A DNA stretch of 38,891 nucleotides from a virus (IMGVR_UViG_2576861092_000011:1-38891); one strand, 5' to 3'; positions 21,428 to 30,600 are shown, counted from the first letter of the stretch. Numbers and translations: made by a program. The notes: generated by a model not told the origin, from the letters alone.

Positions 21428-21940
21428 GTCTTACCCCCAATAAGGGGATTTGCTCTATTTAATTAGGAATAAGGTCGATTACTGATAGAACAAATCCAGG
21501 CTACTGTGTTTAGTAATCAGATTTGTTCGTGACCGATATGCACGGGCAAAACGGCATGAGGTTGTTAGCGCAACCTCTTGCCACCCGCTTTCACGAAGGT
21601 CATGTGTAGAAGGCCGCAGCATAACTATCACTGATGAATCCAGGATAGCCAGTGGCTACGGCTCAGTTTGGGTTGTGCTGTTGCTGGTCGGCGATGACGC
21701 CTGTACGCATTTGGTGATCCGGTTCTACTTCCGGCATTCGCTTAATTAGCCAAATACTCTTAACGTTGCGTTGTGATGGTCGGTGCTGAACTCCGACTCA
21801 GGGTTGTAGCAAGCCCCGCAAAGCGCGCACTACTGTAGTTGCGGCACATCAGCCTGTGCATTCATCACAACGGTAAGAGCACTCGGTGCATTTAAGCCAA
21901 GCCCCATAAGGGAGAATGCTCTTACCTGTTGCACAGACAT

Positions 21941-21996
21941 AAAAAATCCAGAAACCGTTATGCAGGCTCTAACTATTACCTGCGAACTGTTTCGGG
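21941..21996 (-). terminator. tR'-like terminator of the late leader (6S-like RNA)
   Basis: Minus strand CCCGAAACAGTTCGCAGG...CCTGCATAACGGTTTCTGG followed by ATTTTTTAT; arrangement as in the lambda pR' leader. Confidence 0.6.
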
Positions 21997-22139
21997 ATTG
22001 CATTTTGCAGACCTCTCAGCCTGCGATGGTTGGAGTTCCAGACGATACGTCGAAGTGACCAACTAGGCGTAATCGGTAGTAAGAGCCGCCTCTTTTCATC
22101 TCACTACCACAACGAGCGAATTAACCCATCGTTGGGTCA

Positions 22140-22168
22140 AATTTACCCAAGTTTATTCAAAAAGTCAA
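22140..22168 (-). promoter_or_regulatory. Late promoter pR' (-35 TTGACT, 17-bp spacer, -10 TAAATT) with downstream AACGAT pause/qut element
   Basis: Minus strand TATTGACTttttgaataaacttgggTAAATTtgacccAACGATggg, about 45 bp after Q stop, same layout as lambda pR'/qut. Confidence 0.6.
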
Positions 22169-22210
22169 TATTATGCCGTTAATATGTTGCCATCCGTGGC
22201 AATCATGCTG

Positions 22211-22834
22211 TTAACGTGTGACCGCATTCAAAATGTTGTCTGCGATTGACTCTTCTTTGTGGCATTGCACCACCAGAGCGTCATACAGAGGCTTAACAGT
22301 GCGTGACCAGGTGGGTTGGGTAAGGTTTGGTATTAGCATCGTCACAGCGCGATATGCTGCGCTTGCTGGCATCCTTGAATAGCCGACGCCTTTGCATCTT
22401 CCGCACTCTTTCTCAACAACTCTCCCCCACTGCTCCGTTTTGGCTATATCAACCGCACGGCCTGTACCGTGGCAATCTCTGCATCTTGCACCCGGCGTCG
22501 CGGCACTACGGCAATAATCCGCATAAGCGAATGTTGCGAGCACTTGCAGTACCTTTGCCTTAGTATTTCCTTCGAGCTTTGCCACACCACGGTATTTCCC
22601 CGATACCTTGTGTGCAAATTGCATCAGATAGTTGATAGCCTTTTGTTTGTCGTTCTGGCTGAGTTCGTGCTTACCGCAAAATGCAGCCATCCCGAATCCG
22701 GCCTGTGATTGTGCCATCCCCATAGCAGCCATCACATCAGTACCGGAAAGAGAGTCAGAAGCCGTAGCCCGTGGTGAGTCGCTCATCATCGGGCTTTTTG
22801 GCGAATGAAATTTAGCTACGCTTTCGAGTCTCAT
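22211..22834 (-). CDS. Q: Late-gene antiterminator Q (lambda type)
   Basis: 207 aa; matches recalled lambda Q ([29 protein letters not shown]..., Cys-rich zinc-binding region). Confidence 0.9.
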   Translation of the reverse strand: MRLESVAKFHSPKSPMMSDSPRATASDSLSGTDVMAAMGMAQSQAGFGMAAFCGKHELSQNDKQKAINYLMQFAHKVSGKYRGVAKLEGNTKAKVLQVLATFAYADYCRSAATPGARCRDCHGTGRAVDIAKTEQWGRVVEKECGRCKGVGYSRMPASAAYRAVTMLIPNLTQPTWSRTVKPLYDALVVQCHKEESIADNILNAVTR

Positions 22835-23496
22835 GCGCCTTCTCCCTGTACATGAATCAATGTGAGGTTTCCGCAGAACACTGCGCCGGTATCGATATAC
22901 ATCTGGTTGGCAAACTTGAGTGGTTTCACTGCTGGCGTATGACCAAAGATGAACGTGTCCGCTCCTTTGATTTCTTTCACGATCCCGTCTTGTGAGTTGC
23001 TGATTCGTTCGCGGTTCCAGATTACCTGCTGATGATCAACTGGCTTTCCAAATTCGTATTCGTCACAAGGATAATCGGCGTGGCAGATGACATATTTTTT
23101 ACCTTCGCTCGCCAGTTCGATGATTAACGGAAGTTCATCTACTTTATGGGCAAGAGCTTTAGCCAGAATTTCTTTGTCGTAATCGAGATTAAAGAACCAG
23201 CCACCGCCATTAAACAGCCAGTGATTGACGTTTCCACGCTCTGATAAGCCATCAATCATCATTTGCTCATGGTTTCCACGTACAGCTCTGAACCAGGGGA
23301 ATGTGATTAATTCCAGGCATTCGACGTTCTCTGTACCGCGATCAACCAAATCGCCAACCGAGATAAGCAGGTCTTTTTTGGTGTCGAATCCTATCGTCTC
23401 CAGTTTTTTCATCAGGTTCGTGTAGCATCCGTGCAGATCGCCAACTACCCAAATATTTCGGTATTTGCTGCCATCAATTCTTTCGTAATAGCGCAT
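22831..23496 (-). CDS. ninI: Ser/Thr protein phosphatase (lambda PPase / NinI-like)
   Basis: Start set at [25 protein letters not shown]; metallophosphatase motifs GDLHG, GDLVDRG, GNHE; 221 aa like lambda orf221. Confidence 0.85.
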   Translation of the reverse strand: MRYYERIDGSKYRNIWVVGDLHGCYTNLMKKLETIGFDTKKDLLISVGDLVDRGTENVECLELITFPWFRAVRGNHEQMMIDGLSERGNVNHWLFNGGGWFFNLDYDKEILAKALAHKVDELPLIIELASEGKKYVICHADYPCDEYEFGKPVDHQQVIWNRERISNSQDGIVKEIKGADTFIFGHTPAVKPLKFANQMYIDTGAVFCGNLTLIHVQGEGA

Positions 23497-23680
23497 CTCT
23501 TTCACTCCATCCGCGATGAACCATGAGAACGTCGTTGACGATGGCGTGCATTTTCCCGTCTTTATCATCAACGTATTTTCTGACCGTACCGCGACTACAT
23601 TTCAGTCTGCGTGCTACTTCTGTCTGGTTTCCGTATGCTTCAACGAGCATGTCTGGAATGGTTTTTACTGAGAACGTCAT
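23474..23680 (-). CDS. ninH: NinH-like small DNA-binding protein
   Basis: 68 aa, same size and position as lambda NinH; HTH-like segment. Confidence 0.75.
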   Translation of the reverse strand: MTFSVKTIPDMLVEAYGNQTEVARRLKCSRGTVRKYVDDKDGKMHAIVNDVLMVHRGWSERDALLRKN

Positions 23681-24288
23681 GCGGCCTCACTTCTGCTATT
23701 TCGCAGGTCTTTGAGTTTCTGTTGGTACTCTGCCTTGATCGCCTTGCACTCTTCGATAGTCCAGCGATGGCGGTTATGGTTTGATTCGATTTCGTCTACT
23801 GCTTCCTGCCCGATGCGATTAATCAGTTCGACGCGATACGGAACGAGATTTCCGCTTTTGTGCTGGTTGCACACCACGCATTGCTTGTGAATATTGCGTT
23901 CATCAAATCGGAGTTGAGGTGCCGCAGCAGTTGTCCGGTAATGTCCGGCATCCCACTGAGCAGACGTGAGCGTTCCGCACGAGATACATGGTAAGTCGCG
24001 GTCTCTTTCTCTGATGAAGGCGTTTACGGCTTGTTGGGCTTGTTTAATCCAGTAACTGCGGGGCTTTAAGGCGAGTTTTCGAATCTTAAGTTTATCTTTC
24101 TGTTTCTGCTCCTCTCGTCGTCGTTTCTTCTCTGCTGCTTTTTCCGCTTTTTCGCGTTCTTTACTTCGTCGTTCGAGTGCTATCTTGGTTCCACACTCTG
24201 GAGAGCACCACCACTGATTAGCGAATGCAGGGTGAAACCATTCCCGACATTCATCGTTTTTACATCGTCTTCGCGCTGGTTTAGCCAT
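23677..24288 (-). CDS. ninG: NinG (Rap)-like recombination endonuclease
   Basis: 203 aa, Cys-rich N-terminus, basic Lys/Arg/Glu stretch; size and position of lambda NinG. Confidence 0.8.
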   Translation of the reverse strand: MAKPARRRCKNDECREWFHPAFANQWWCSPECGTKIALERRSKEREKAEKAAEKKRRREEQKQKDKLKIRKLALKPRSYWIKQAQQAVNAFIRERDRDLPCISCGTLTSAQWDAGHYRTTAAAPQLRFDERNIHKQCVVCNQHKSGNLVPYRVELINRIGQEAVDEIESNHNRHRWTIEECKAIKAEYQQKLKDLRNSRSEAA

Positions 24289-24457
24289 CGTCTTCTTCCT
24301 CGTACATTGAGCTATTCGGATCGCTCATCAGTTCTGCGCAGCAGTGCTCACACACGTGAACTTCCAGCACATGCAGCTTCTTACCGCAGTTAGCGCACGT
24401 TAAAGCCCGCTCGACGCTTTCTTTCTGGTATTGAAGGGATTGGGATGGGCTAAGCAT
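24281..24457 (-). CDS. ninF: NinF-like small protein (58 aa)
   Basis: Not in ORF track (<60 aa); translation [58 protein letters not shown]; stop overlaps ninG start. Confidence 0.7.
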   Translation of the reverse strand: MLSPSQSLQYQKESVERALTCANCGKKLHVLEVHVCEHCCAELMSDPNSSMYEEEDDG

Positions 24458-24839
24458 TATTGGCGTCCTGCATCATGAGAAAGACAATCATGGCGGCACG
24501 GAGTGGATTGTCATATGCGACACCAACATTCGGTCCGGCATCATCAAGCAAGTCCCTTGCGTTGTCTGTAGCGCACGGCATTGAGGGATTGTCTAAAATT
24601 ATGCTGATGTTGTTTTCAGTGATAATCGGCCATGCGTCTGCTGGGTTTGCGCATGGGTTAAAGGATCCGCGCTCAACCTCTACTTCAACTGCGTCTCCGT
24701 TTACAATGTCTCCCTCAAATGAGATAAACACCATCGCGCCATTCTCACCTTCTTTGTAATCCGGTGATCCGTTATGAATGGCTTCGAATACCGCCACGTT
24801 AATTTCAAAATCACTTAACTGTGAATAATCCATTGTCAT
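24450..24839 (-). CDS. nin-region protein of unknown function (NinX position)
   Basis: 129 aa from [20 protein letters not shown]; ATGA overlap with upstream gene stop; positional analogue of P22 ninX. Confidence 0.55.
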   Translation of the reverse strand: MTMDYSQLSDFEINVAVFEAIHNGSPDYKEGENGAMVFISFEGDIVNGDAVEVEVERGSFNPCANPADAWPIITENNISIILDNPSMPCATDNARDLLDDAGPNVGVAYDNPLRAAMIVFLMMQDANNA

Positions 24840-25012
24840 TTCCTCGCACGATGTCTTAGCCACCGGATATCCCACAGGTGAGCCGTGTAGTTGAAGGTTT
24901 TTACGTCAGATTCTTTTGGGATTGGCTTGGGTTTATTTCTGGAGCGTTTCGTTGGAAGGTATTTGCAGTTTTCGCAGATGATGTCGGTGATGCTTCGTCG
25001 CTGTCGCCTCAT
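24836..25012 (-). CDS. ninE: NinE-like small basic protein (58 aa)
   Basis: [58 protein letters not shown]; Arg-rich with KP.KP and WLR..ARK features I associate with NinE-family proteins. Confidence 0.55.
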   Translation of the reverse strand: MRRQRRSITDIICENCKYLPTKRSRNKPKPIPKESDVKTFNYTAHLWDIRWLRHRARK

Positions 25013-25536
25013 GCTGCCCTCCTGACGCCCTGCCCGATCGCCATCAATGCCGCTTTGGATACAGTAGTAAACATCCGTCGAGGACTGATGAACGGTCGCC
25101 AAATCAGCAGCATTGAGCCTTTGCTGTTTCCCTTCTTCTCCAGCCCTGTCGATGGTTCGATAAAATTAATCCGTCCATCAGTGATGATGCGAACTTCGTC
25201 AACACTCTCCAGAGCCTTGTTGAACCATCCGACTGACATATCCTCTGGCACAAGCATCACTACCGTCTGTCGCTGTTGTATGCACTGCTCAGCGGCTTTT
25301 TCCACCCACGGCCTGATATTGCTGTACGGTGGGTTATTCCAGATTGCCCCGTGGCTTATCCACTCAGAATTTAGCGCGTCGTCGGCCTCAGTTAACCAGT
25401 GAGCGCACAGAGCATTTTTGTCGCTCGCTGCCGAATCCAGCCAGAATCCAAACTCAATATCCAGTGCATCAAAAAGCCAAAGCGGCGTTTGCCAGCAGTC
25501 CTTGTCGTGTGCTGGCGTATTTGATTTGATAGTCAT
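25009..25536 (-). CDS. Orphan DNA N6-adenine methyltransferase (phage Dam family)
   Basis: 175 aa from [22 protein letters not shown]; catalytic NPPY motif (WNNPPYSN); ATGA overlap with ninB stop; no adjacent restriction gene. Confidence 0.8.
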   Translation of the reverse strand: MTIKSNTPAHDKDCWQTPLWLFDALDIEFGFWLDSAASDKNALCAHWLTEADDALNSEWISHGAIWNNPPYSNIRPWVEKAAEQCIQQRQTVVMLVPEDMSVGWFNKALESVDEVRIITDGRINFIEPSTGLEKKGNSKGSMLLIWRPFISPRRMFTTVSKAALMAIGQGVRRAA

Positions 25537-25973
25537 GCTGCCCGATCTCCCCATCGCGCTTTCCATTCGAGAGCCAGTCGCGCTTCGTCTGACCACTTAA
25601 CGCCACGTTCTGTACCGAATGCCTGTATAAGCTCTAATAGCTCCGCAAATTCGCTTACACGCATCCTGCTGGTTGACTGGCCTATTACCACAAAGCCATT
25701 CCCGGCAAGGTTAGGAACAACGTCCTGCTGCTTTAATGCTGCTGTAAACACACACTTCCAGCTTTCTGCATCCAGCCAGCGCCCATGCCATTCAACCTGA
25801 CGAGAGACGTCACCAAGGCAAGCCCAAAGCTTTCGATTCTGGTCTAAGCTGCGGTTGCGTTCCTGAATGGTTACTACGATTGGTTTGGTTGGGTCTGGAA
25901 GAATTTGCTGTACTGCGTGAATAGCGTTTTGCTGATGTGCTGGAGATCGAATTTCAAAGGTTAGTTTTTTCAT
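25533..25973 (-). CDS. ninB: NinB-like recombination protein (Orf)
   Basis: 146 aa from MKKLTFEIRSPAHQQNAIHAVQQILPDPTKPIVVTIQERNRSLDQNRKLWA, matching recalled lambda NinB. Confidence 0.85.
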   Translation of the reverse strand: MKKLTFEIRSPAHQQNAIHAVQQILPDPTKPIVVTIQERNRSLDQNRKLWACLGDVSRQVEWHGRWLDAESWKCVFTAALKQQDVVPNLAGNGFVVIGQSTSRMRVSEFAELLELIQAFGTERGVKWSDEARLALEWKARWGDRAA

Positions 25974-26049
25974 GACTTCCCTCTCCCCCAAATAAAAAGG
26001 CCTGCGATTACCAGCAGGCCTGTTATTAGCTCAGTGATGTGGATGGTCA

Positions 26050-27486
26050 TCAGAATCCTCCTTTCTTCTTGGATTGCGGTTCCTCGCGTTCACGGCGGCG
26101 CATTTCAGCAGACTGTTGGTCTGTGTCATAAATAGCGCCATTTGCCTGAATGCAATACACCGTGCCGGTATTGCCATGACGATTGAGACGAAGGATTAGT
26201 TCGGTTTCACCAGGTGGAACACTGTCATCAAAAGCACCTTCACGATGGATCCCCACCCAATAATCGCAATCCTGTTCAATCTGCCCTGTATCTCGTGAGT
26301 CACTTGGTAATGGGCGTTTATTGGTTCGGCTTTCCAGTGCGCGGTTAAGCTGTGTCAGAAGCACAACAACGCAATCAAGCTCTTTGGCAAGGTTCTTCAG
26401 TCCTTTGGTGATCATGCCGTAAGCAAGGTCGTTGCGATCGGCCTTTTCAGCGGTCATTAGTGTCAGGTAATCGACCAGAATCATGCCAACACATCCTTTT
26501 TCTCGCTTGATTCGACGGCTTTCGCTGACGATTTGAGCCAGAGATAATCCCGGCGTGTCGTCGATGTAAAGCAGGTCGATTTCACTCAAGCGATTGGCTG
26601 TTTCGATCGCCCTGTTGAAGTCACCATCGTAATCACCCTGATAGCCGTCATCAGCGTCATTTGTCGCCGGAAGGTAAAAAATATTCGGGTTAACACCAGA
26701 CTTCTGCCCTACCAGTTTTTCCAGTATCTGGTCACCTGGCATTTCAAGGCTGAACATAAGAGCGGGCTTTTTCTCATGCACTGCGCAGTTGATTGCCATC
26801 TGGCTGTATAGCGTCGTTTTCCCCATCTTAGGGCGAGCACCAATGACAAACAGAGAGCCTTTCACCAGACCTTTCGGTGACAGCATCCTGTCCAGCGATG
26901 GGATACCTGTGCTCATTCCTCGTTGTTCGCCTGATGGGTCAAATCGCTTCTCAAGGTCGCTAACCCAGTCTTCCATGACCTCACCAAATGAGCGAAGGCC
27001 GCGACGCGATCCGGTTTTTGCATGGTCTGTCAGTTGCGTGAAAATCGCCTGAATAGCTTCGTACTTCTGCGTTGCAGTCATTCCGTTGCGGGAATAGAGC
27101 AATTCCGTCGCTTCAGTCATGCGGTTGATGGCGTAGCGTTCCATTGCAGTTTCACGAACCTGCATTGCATAGGCAACGATGTTTGCGGCGCTTGGCGTGT
27201 TCTTTGCGATCTCAGCGATATAAGCAAAACCGCCAACAGACGCCGTTAACGATTTACGCTCCAGTTCATCGAAAAGCGTCAGGCCATCTACTGGCTTTTG
27301 CTCCCGGTGCATTCTGGTTATTTCTTCGAAAAGGATTTTGTGTGGTCGGCTGTAAAATGAATCAGGCTTCAACATCGCCAGAACTTTCTGGACGCGCTCA
27401 CTGCTGTCATCATCCAGAAGCAATCCACCAATCACCGCCTGCTCTGCCTCGATGCTATGGGGCGGCGCATAAAAATTATCGGTCAT
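26050..27486 (-). CDS. Replicative DNA helicase, DnaB family (P22 gp12-like)
   Basis: DnaB N-terminal domain and RecA-like core with Walker A (GARPKMGKT). Start set at ATG 27486 (GAGGGTGA RBS); a GTG at 27501 is possible. Confidence 0.85.
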   Translation of the reverse strand: MTDNFYAPPHSIEAEQAVIGGLLLDDDSSERVQKVLAMLKPDSFYSRPHKILFEEITRMHREQKPVDGLTLFDELERKSLTASVGGFAYIAEIAKNTPSAANIVAYAMQVRETAMERYAINRMTEATELLYSRNGMTATQKYEAIQAIFTQLTDHAKTGSRRGLRSFGEVMEDWVSDLEKRFDPSGEQRGMSTGIPSLDRMLSPKGLVKGSLFVIGARPKMGKTTLYSQMAINCAVHEKKPALMFSLEMPGDQILEKLVGQKSGVNPNIFYLPATNDADDGYQGDYDGDFNRAIETANRLSEIDLLYIDDTPGLSLAQIVSESRRIKREKGCVGMILVDYLTLMTAEKADRNDLAYGMITKGLKNLAKELDCVVVLLTQLNRALESRTNKRPLPSDSRDTGQIEQDCDYWVGIHREGAFDDSVPPGETELILRLNRHGNTGTVYCIQANGAIYDTDQQSAEMRRREREEPQSKKKGGF

Positions 27487-28366
27487 CGTGTTCACCCTCA
27501 CGAACTTTCAGGTAGGTATTATCGTTAAGCAGGAAATCAAATCCCTTTTTGTGCCAGACAGTTCCGCGTTGATGGTTTGGACGCTCTTCGAACATCCATC
27601 GACAATTTTCGCCTACGTAGCTCAAATAATTTCTCCAGTCCTGCATCGTGAACCCATGCCCGTCAAGCTGGCGGGTTATCACTCCGGCTTTGCGCCAGAA
27701 CGTTCGGATCTGGTTTTTACGCTTGTCATTCAGTGCGCGGATTCTTGGCGCTTCAGGAAGGATTTCGTGGTAAGCATCGACAACATCCTGACAGCTGACG
27801 GAAGTTTTTTTCTTGTCAGACTTTTTGTCTGCTGTGGCACTCTCTAATACGTCAGTATTAGAGATATTATTTATATTATTGTTTATGGACAACCGTTGGA
27901 CAACCGTTGGACAATCTCCGCTGAGAGCCGCGACATTACTGGTGTTTGCGTTGGACAACCGTTGGACAACCGTTGGACAATTTTTTGCCTGAAAATCGTC
28001 ATATTTAACGATTGTAAACAGGCTAAATTTCTTCCCCATCGAGCAAATATTAAGCATCCCTTTCGACTCAAAAGTCCGTAATAAGCTCCGAACTTTGTTG
28101 TCGGGGATGAATGTTTCTCTGACCAGCGACGGGCGTCCAGTTATCATCTGACCGCGATCAACAGTTATCGGACCGATATCCGTATTGACGACAGTAGATT
28201 CGTGATTAGCCTTGAGGATTAAGTGAAGCCAAAGATGTACTGCCTGAGAGTCCTTATAGAGCCTGCTGTCCATAAACTGGCGGTGTATAGAGACATACCC
28301 CATACTGGATGCCTCCTGATGTTGTACAGGGTTATGCCTGTAATCAGCTAACTTAACGACGCCCAT
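27476..28366 (-). CDS. Replication initiator protein (lambda O-like) containing the origin iterons
   Basis: 296 aa downstream of cII and upstream of helicase; iteron cluster and AT-rich segment lie inside the ORF as in lambda ori. Confidence 0.8.
   Translation of the reverse strand: MGVVKLADYRHNPVQHQEASSMGYVSIHRQFMDSRLYKDSQAVHLWLHLILKANHESTVVNTDIGPITVDRGQMITGRPSLVRETFIPDNKVRSLLRTFESKGMLNICSMGKKFSLFTIVKYDDFQAKNCPTVVQRLSNANTSNVAALSGDCPTVVQRLSINNNINNISNTDVLESATADKKSDKKKTSVSCQDVVDAYHEILPEAPRIRALNDKRKNQIRTFWRKAGVITRQLDGHGFTMQDWRNYLSYVGENCRWMFEERPNHQRGTVWHKKGFDFLLNDNTYLKVREGEHDDR
27855..27981. repeat. Replication origin: two clusters of 11-bp iterons (GGACAACCGTT x2.6 each) plus adjacent AT-rich region
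   Basis: 27887..27915 and 27953..27981 each read GGACAACCGTTGGACAACCGTTGGACAAT; AT-rich tract at 27855..27886 (tattagagatattatttatattattgtttat). Confidence 0.75.
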
Positions 28367-28548
28367 GTTTCACTCCTGCTTTGGCTAGTCTGTAAACACC
28401 AACAAGGCGCTCTGCGAACGCCCTGTTATTTGCTGCGGCTACCACTAATCCCTCAGGTGAATCAGAGTGTCGAATCTCTTCTTTTTCCTGGTATTTCTTA
28501 CGACGTTTTGTCATAATTACTCCTGTGGATTGATCCAGTCTTTCTACA

Positions 28549-28827
28549 TCAGGCCTCGAAGAATTCGCCGTTCTTCGGGGCTTTTTCTTTTGTCAGCATT
28601 CTGGCTACTTTCTTAGCCAGTTCCGCCAACTCCTCGTCTTCAACACCCCATTCAAGAACAGCCAGAAGCATTCCCATTTTTGGGATGAAGCTGTCTTTCC
28701 ATCGCGAAATTTGCGATTCATTAATCCCTAACGCGTCGGCAACCTTTCGCTGGCCACGTACAGCAATTCGATTCAGGATGTTGCTTGTAATTGCATTCGC
28801 TTTCTTGCGAGTACTTGTAAGTTGCAT
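28549..28827 (-). CDS. cII: CII-like transcriptional activator (P22 c1 / lambda cII family)
   Basis: 92 aa; ..SQISRWKDSFIPKMGMLLAVLEWGVEDEELAELAKKVARMLT.. closely matches lambda CII. Confidence 0.85.
   Translation of the reverse strand: MQLTSTRKKANAITSNILNRIAVRGQRKVADALGINESQISRWKDSFIPKMGMLLAVLEWGVEDEELAELAKKVARMLTKEKAPKNGEFFEA
28553..28590 (+). terminator. Rho-independent terminator on the strand antisense to the cII 3' end (OOP-like antisense RNA terminator)
   Basis: Plus strand GCCTCGAAGAA-ttcgccg-TTCTTCGGGGC (about 11-bp stem) followed by TTTTTCTTTT, inside the 3' end of cII on the opposite strand, as for lambda oop. Confidence 0.5.
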
Positions 28828-28886
28828 ATGTAAGTATTTCCTTAACTAATAAGAAGTTATGCGCATCAACTTATGCGCGTTGTATT

Positions 28887-28929
28887 CCCGCATTTCGGCG
28901 GGAATGAGGACCATGACTGTTAAAGAGCG
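28887..28929 (-). promoter_or_regulatory. nutR: boxA (CGCTCTTTAACA) followed by boxB hairpin (CCCGCCGAAATGCGGG)
   Basis: On the minus strand downstream of cro; boxA and boxB are identical to the nutL copy upstream of N. Confidence 0.65.
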
Positions 28930-28935
28930 GTGTTA

Positions 28936-29130
28936 CTATTTGTTTTTCTTGTTGCTTGGGAAAGGACGAACTTCCTCTCCAATCACACTGCCATCAGGCT
29001 TTACCGTAACCATAATGTTACGACCTGCCAGAATGGCCTTGCTGATAGCGCACTGGATTACACCAAAGTCACTGGCTGCTTTAGCCTGTCCATGGATTTT
29101 GGCGTAATCGGCAAGTGTCATTCGAATCAT
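28936..29130 (-). CDS. cro: Cro repressor
   Basis: [62 protein letters not shown] aligns with lambda Cro; GGAGAG RBS; divergent from cI. Confidence 0.8.
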   Translation of the reverse strand: MIRMTLADYAKIHGQAKAASDFGVIQCAISKAILAGRNIMVTVKPDGSVIGEEVRPFPSNKKNK

Positions 29131-29160
29131 ATGCACTCTCCGTTATTAACCATGAACAAA

Positions 29161-29225
29161 GAATACTACAGGTATTCAAAGCAATCAATACTCAGGGTAT
29201 TTTTAGTTTAAGTACCTTAGCTATT
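29161..29225. promoter_or_regulatory. OR operator region (PR/PRM): palindromic sites AATAC-N5-GTATT
   Basis: GAATACtacagGTATTC (29161..29177) and AATACtcaggGTATT (29188..29202) are perfect dyads; a weaker third site at about 29211..29225. cI ATG has no Shine-Dalgarno, compatible with a leaderless PRM transcript. Confidence 0.55.
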
Positions 29226-29236
29226 AGAATTAAGCT

Positions 29237-29953
29237 ATGGAAAATAAAAAATCACTGACGACAGAACAGCTCGAAGACGCTAAGCGGCTTAAGGCTTTGT
29301 ATGAGTCAAAAAAGAAAGAATTGGGAATAACCCAATACTCAATCGCTGATGAACTGGGTATCACCCAAGGAGCGGTAGGGCATTATCTTAATGGCAGAAA
29401 CGCGCTAAATGTTGAGGTCGCATCTGGTTTTGCACGTTTGTTGCAAGTCTCAATTGCTGATTTTAGCCAGTCAATTGCTGCCAAGGTTGCAGAACAGGCA
29501 GAAAGCCTTAAGAGCGATGCCAACGTAAGGTATGCAGGGGAATACAGAGCAGGAAAGAGGTATCCGGTGTTAAGCAGTATCCAGGCTGGCTCGTGGTGTG
29601 AAGCATGCGAACCATACACCATTAAAGACATAGATGTTTGGCTTGAGTCTGACGCGCATATTCAAGGTAATGCGTTTTGGCTTAAAGTGGAAGGTGATTC
29701 AATGACGGCACCGGTTGGGTTAAGCATTCCAGAGGGAACATTCGTTCTTTTCGATACCGGAAGGGAGGCGATCAACGGCAGCTTGGTCATAGCAAAACTT
29801 TCTGACTCTAACGAAGCAACATTCAAGAAGCTGATAATCGACGGCGGAAATAAATACCTCAAGGGACTTAATCCTGCATGGCCTCTCGTGCCAATCAATG
29901 GAAACTGCAAGATTATAGGCGTTGCAATTGAGACAAAACTCAGACTGGTTTGA
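29237..29953 (+). CDS. cI: CI repressor (HTH plus S24 LexA-like autopeptidase domain)
   Basis: 238 aa; N-terminus similar to lambda CI (..LTTEQLEDAKRLKALYESKKKELGITQ..); C-terminal ..AFWLKVEGDSMTAP.. and ..FKKLI.. match the S24 Ser/Lys peptidase signature. Confidence 0.9.
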   Translation: MENKKSLTTEQLEDAKRLKALYESKKKELGITQYSIADELGITQGAVGHYLNGRNALNVEVASGFARLLQVSIADFSQSIAAKVAEQAESLKSDANVRYAGEYRAGKRYPVLSSIQAGSWCEACEPYTIKDIDVWLESDAHIQGNAFWLKVEGDSMTAPVGLSIPEGTFVLFDTGREAINGSLVIAKLSDSNEATFKKLIIDGGNKYLKGLNPAWPLVPINGNCKIIGVAIETKLRLV

Positions 29954-29971
29954 TCACGCAAGGGGGCGCTT

Positions 29972-30340
29972 ATGGTTGGAACCGCTATAGCAAGCTTTTT
30001 GGGGATGTTGGCAATCTCAACAATTTACGGCTTAGCGCATGCTTTTATTGCGAAATCTCTATCAGAAAAAATAAGCCAGGCTTGGGCGCATAGATCAGCT
30101 CGTTTCATGATTCTAGTTGTCATAGCAATACAAGGGATATCTGCATTTATCCTCTATGGATCAAGCTTATACCTATTGTATCAAGGCGCGACATTTACGC
30201 CTTACACCAGTGATTACGGAACTCTATACGATGGTAGTGAAGACATCACTGTGGCTTGGATCGTCTTTGGTTTATCTATGGCCGTGTCTGTTGTAGCAGA
30301 CATCATTAAGGTAATTCTCGTCTTAACCTTCGCTGACTAA
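29972..30340 (+). CDS. Small integral membrane protein co-transcribed with cI (rex/sie position); candidate superinfection-exclusion or abortive-infection factor
   Basis: 122 aa with 3-4 predicted hydrophobic helices; strong RBS AGGGGG; 18 bp after cI stop on the same strand. Confidence 0.6.
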   Translation: MVGTAIASFLGMLAISTIYGLAHAFIAKSLSEKISQAWAHRSARFMILVVIAIQGISAFILYGSSLYLLYQGATFTPYTSDYGTLYDGSEDITVAWIVFGLSMAVSVVADIIKVILVLTFAD

Positions 30341-30427
30341 CCTATAATCCCGGCAGCAATAGCTATCGGGATCCACTTCACATATCCCGCATAAAAAGCA
30401 CTGAACAAGCAGACACCGAAAAAAATA

Positions 30428-30512
30428 AATATCCTTTGTATTCATTTGCTTATCATTATTTCACCAAAAATAAATACCTTGGGTATTTACACAATAAAAT
30501 ACCTACAGTATT
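30428..30512. promoter_or_regulatory. OL operator region (PL): AATAC-N5-GTATT sites
   Basis: AATACcttggGTATT (30473..30487), AATACctacaGTATT (30498..30512), weaker AATATccttttGTATT (30428..30442); same half-sites as OR. Confidence 0.55.
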
Positions 30513-30560
30513 CTTTAGCCATCAGCAGGACGCTGGAAGCCAAACGGAACAGATTGGCAG

Positions 30561-30600
30561 GCTCTTTAACATTGATGGGATTGTCCCGCCGAAATGCGGG
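30561..30600 (+). promoter_or_regulatory. nutL: boxA (GCTCTTTAACA) and boxB hairpin (CCCGCCGAAATGCGGG)
   Basis: Upstream of N on the plus strand; same boxA/boxB as nutR. Confidence 0.65.

Noticed and set aside
21428-22210. Possible tRNA genes in the Q-to-S gap
   Set aside because: Several lambdoid phages carry tRNAs here, but I found no cloverleaf-compatible sequence; the region is explained by the lambda-like pR' leader and tR' terminator.
27887-27981. Short direct repeats that could be mistaken for a CRISPR array
   Set aside because: The 11-bp units abut with no spacers, lie inside the O-like gene and are adjacent to an AT-rich tract; they are origin iterons.
28347-28514. 55-aa minus-strand ORF between cII and the O-like gene
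   Set aside because: No strong RBS and no recognisable family; the region more likely serves as promoter and body of an OOP-like antisense RNA. Kept only as an alternative in the findings.
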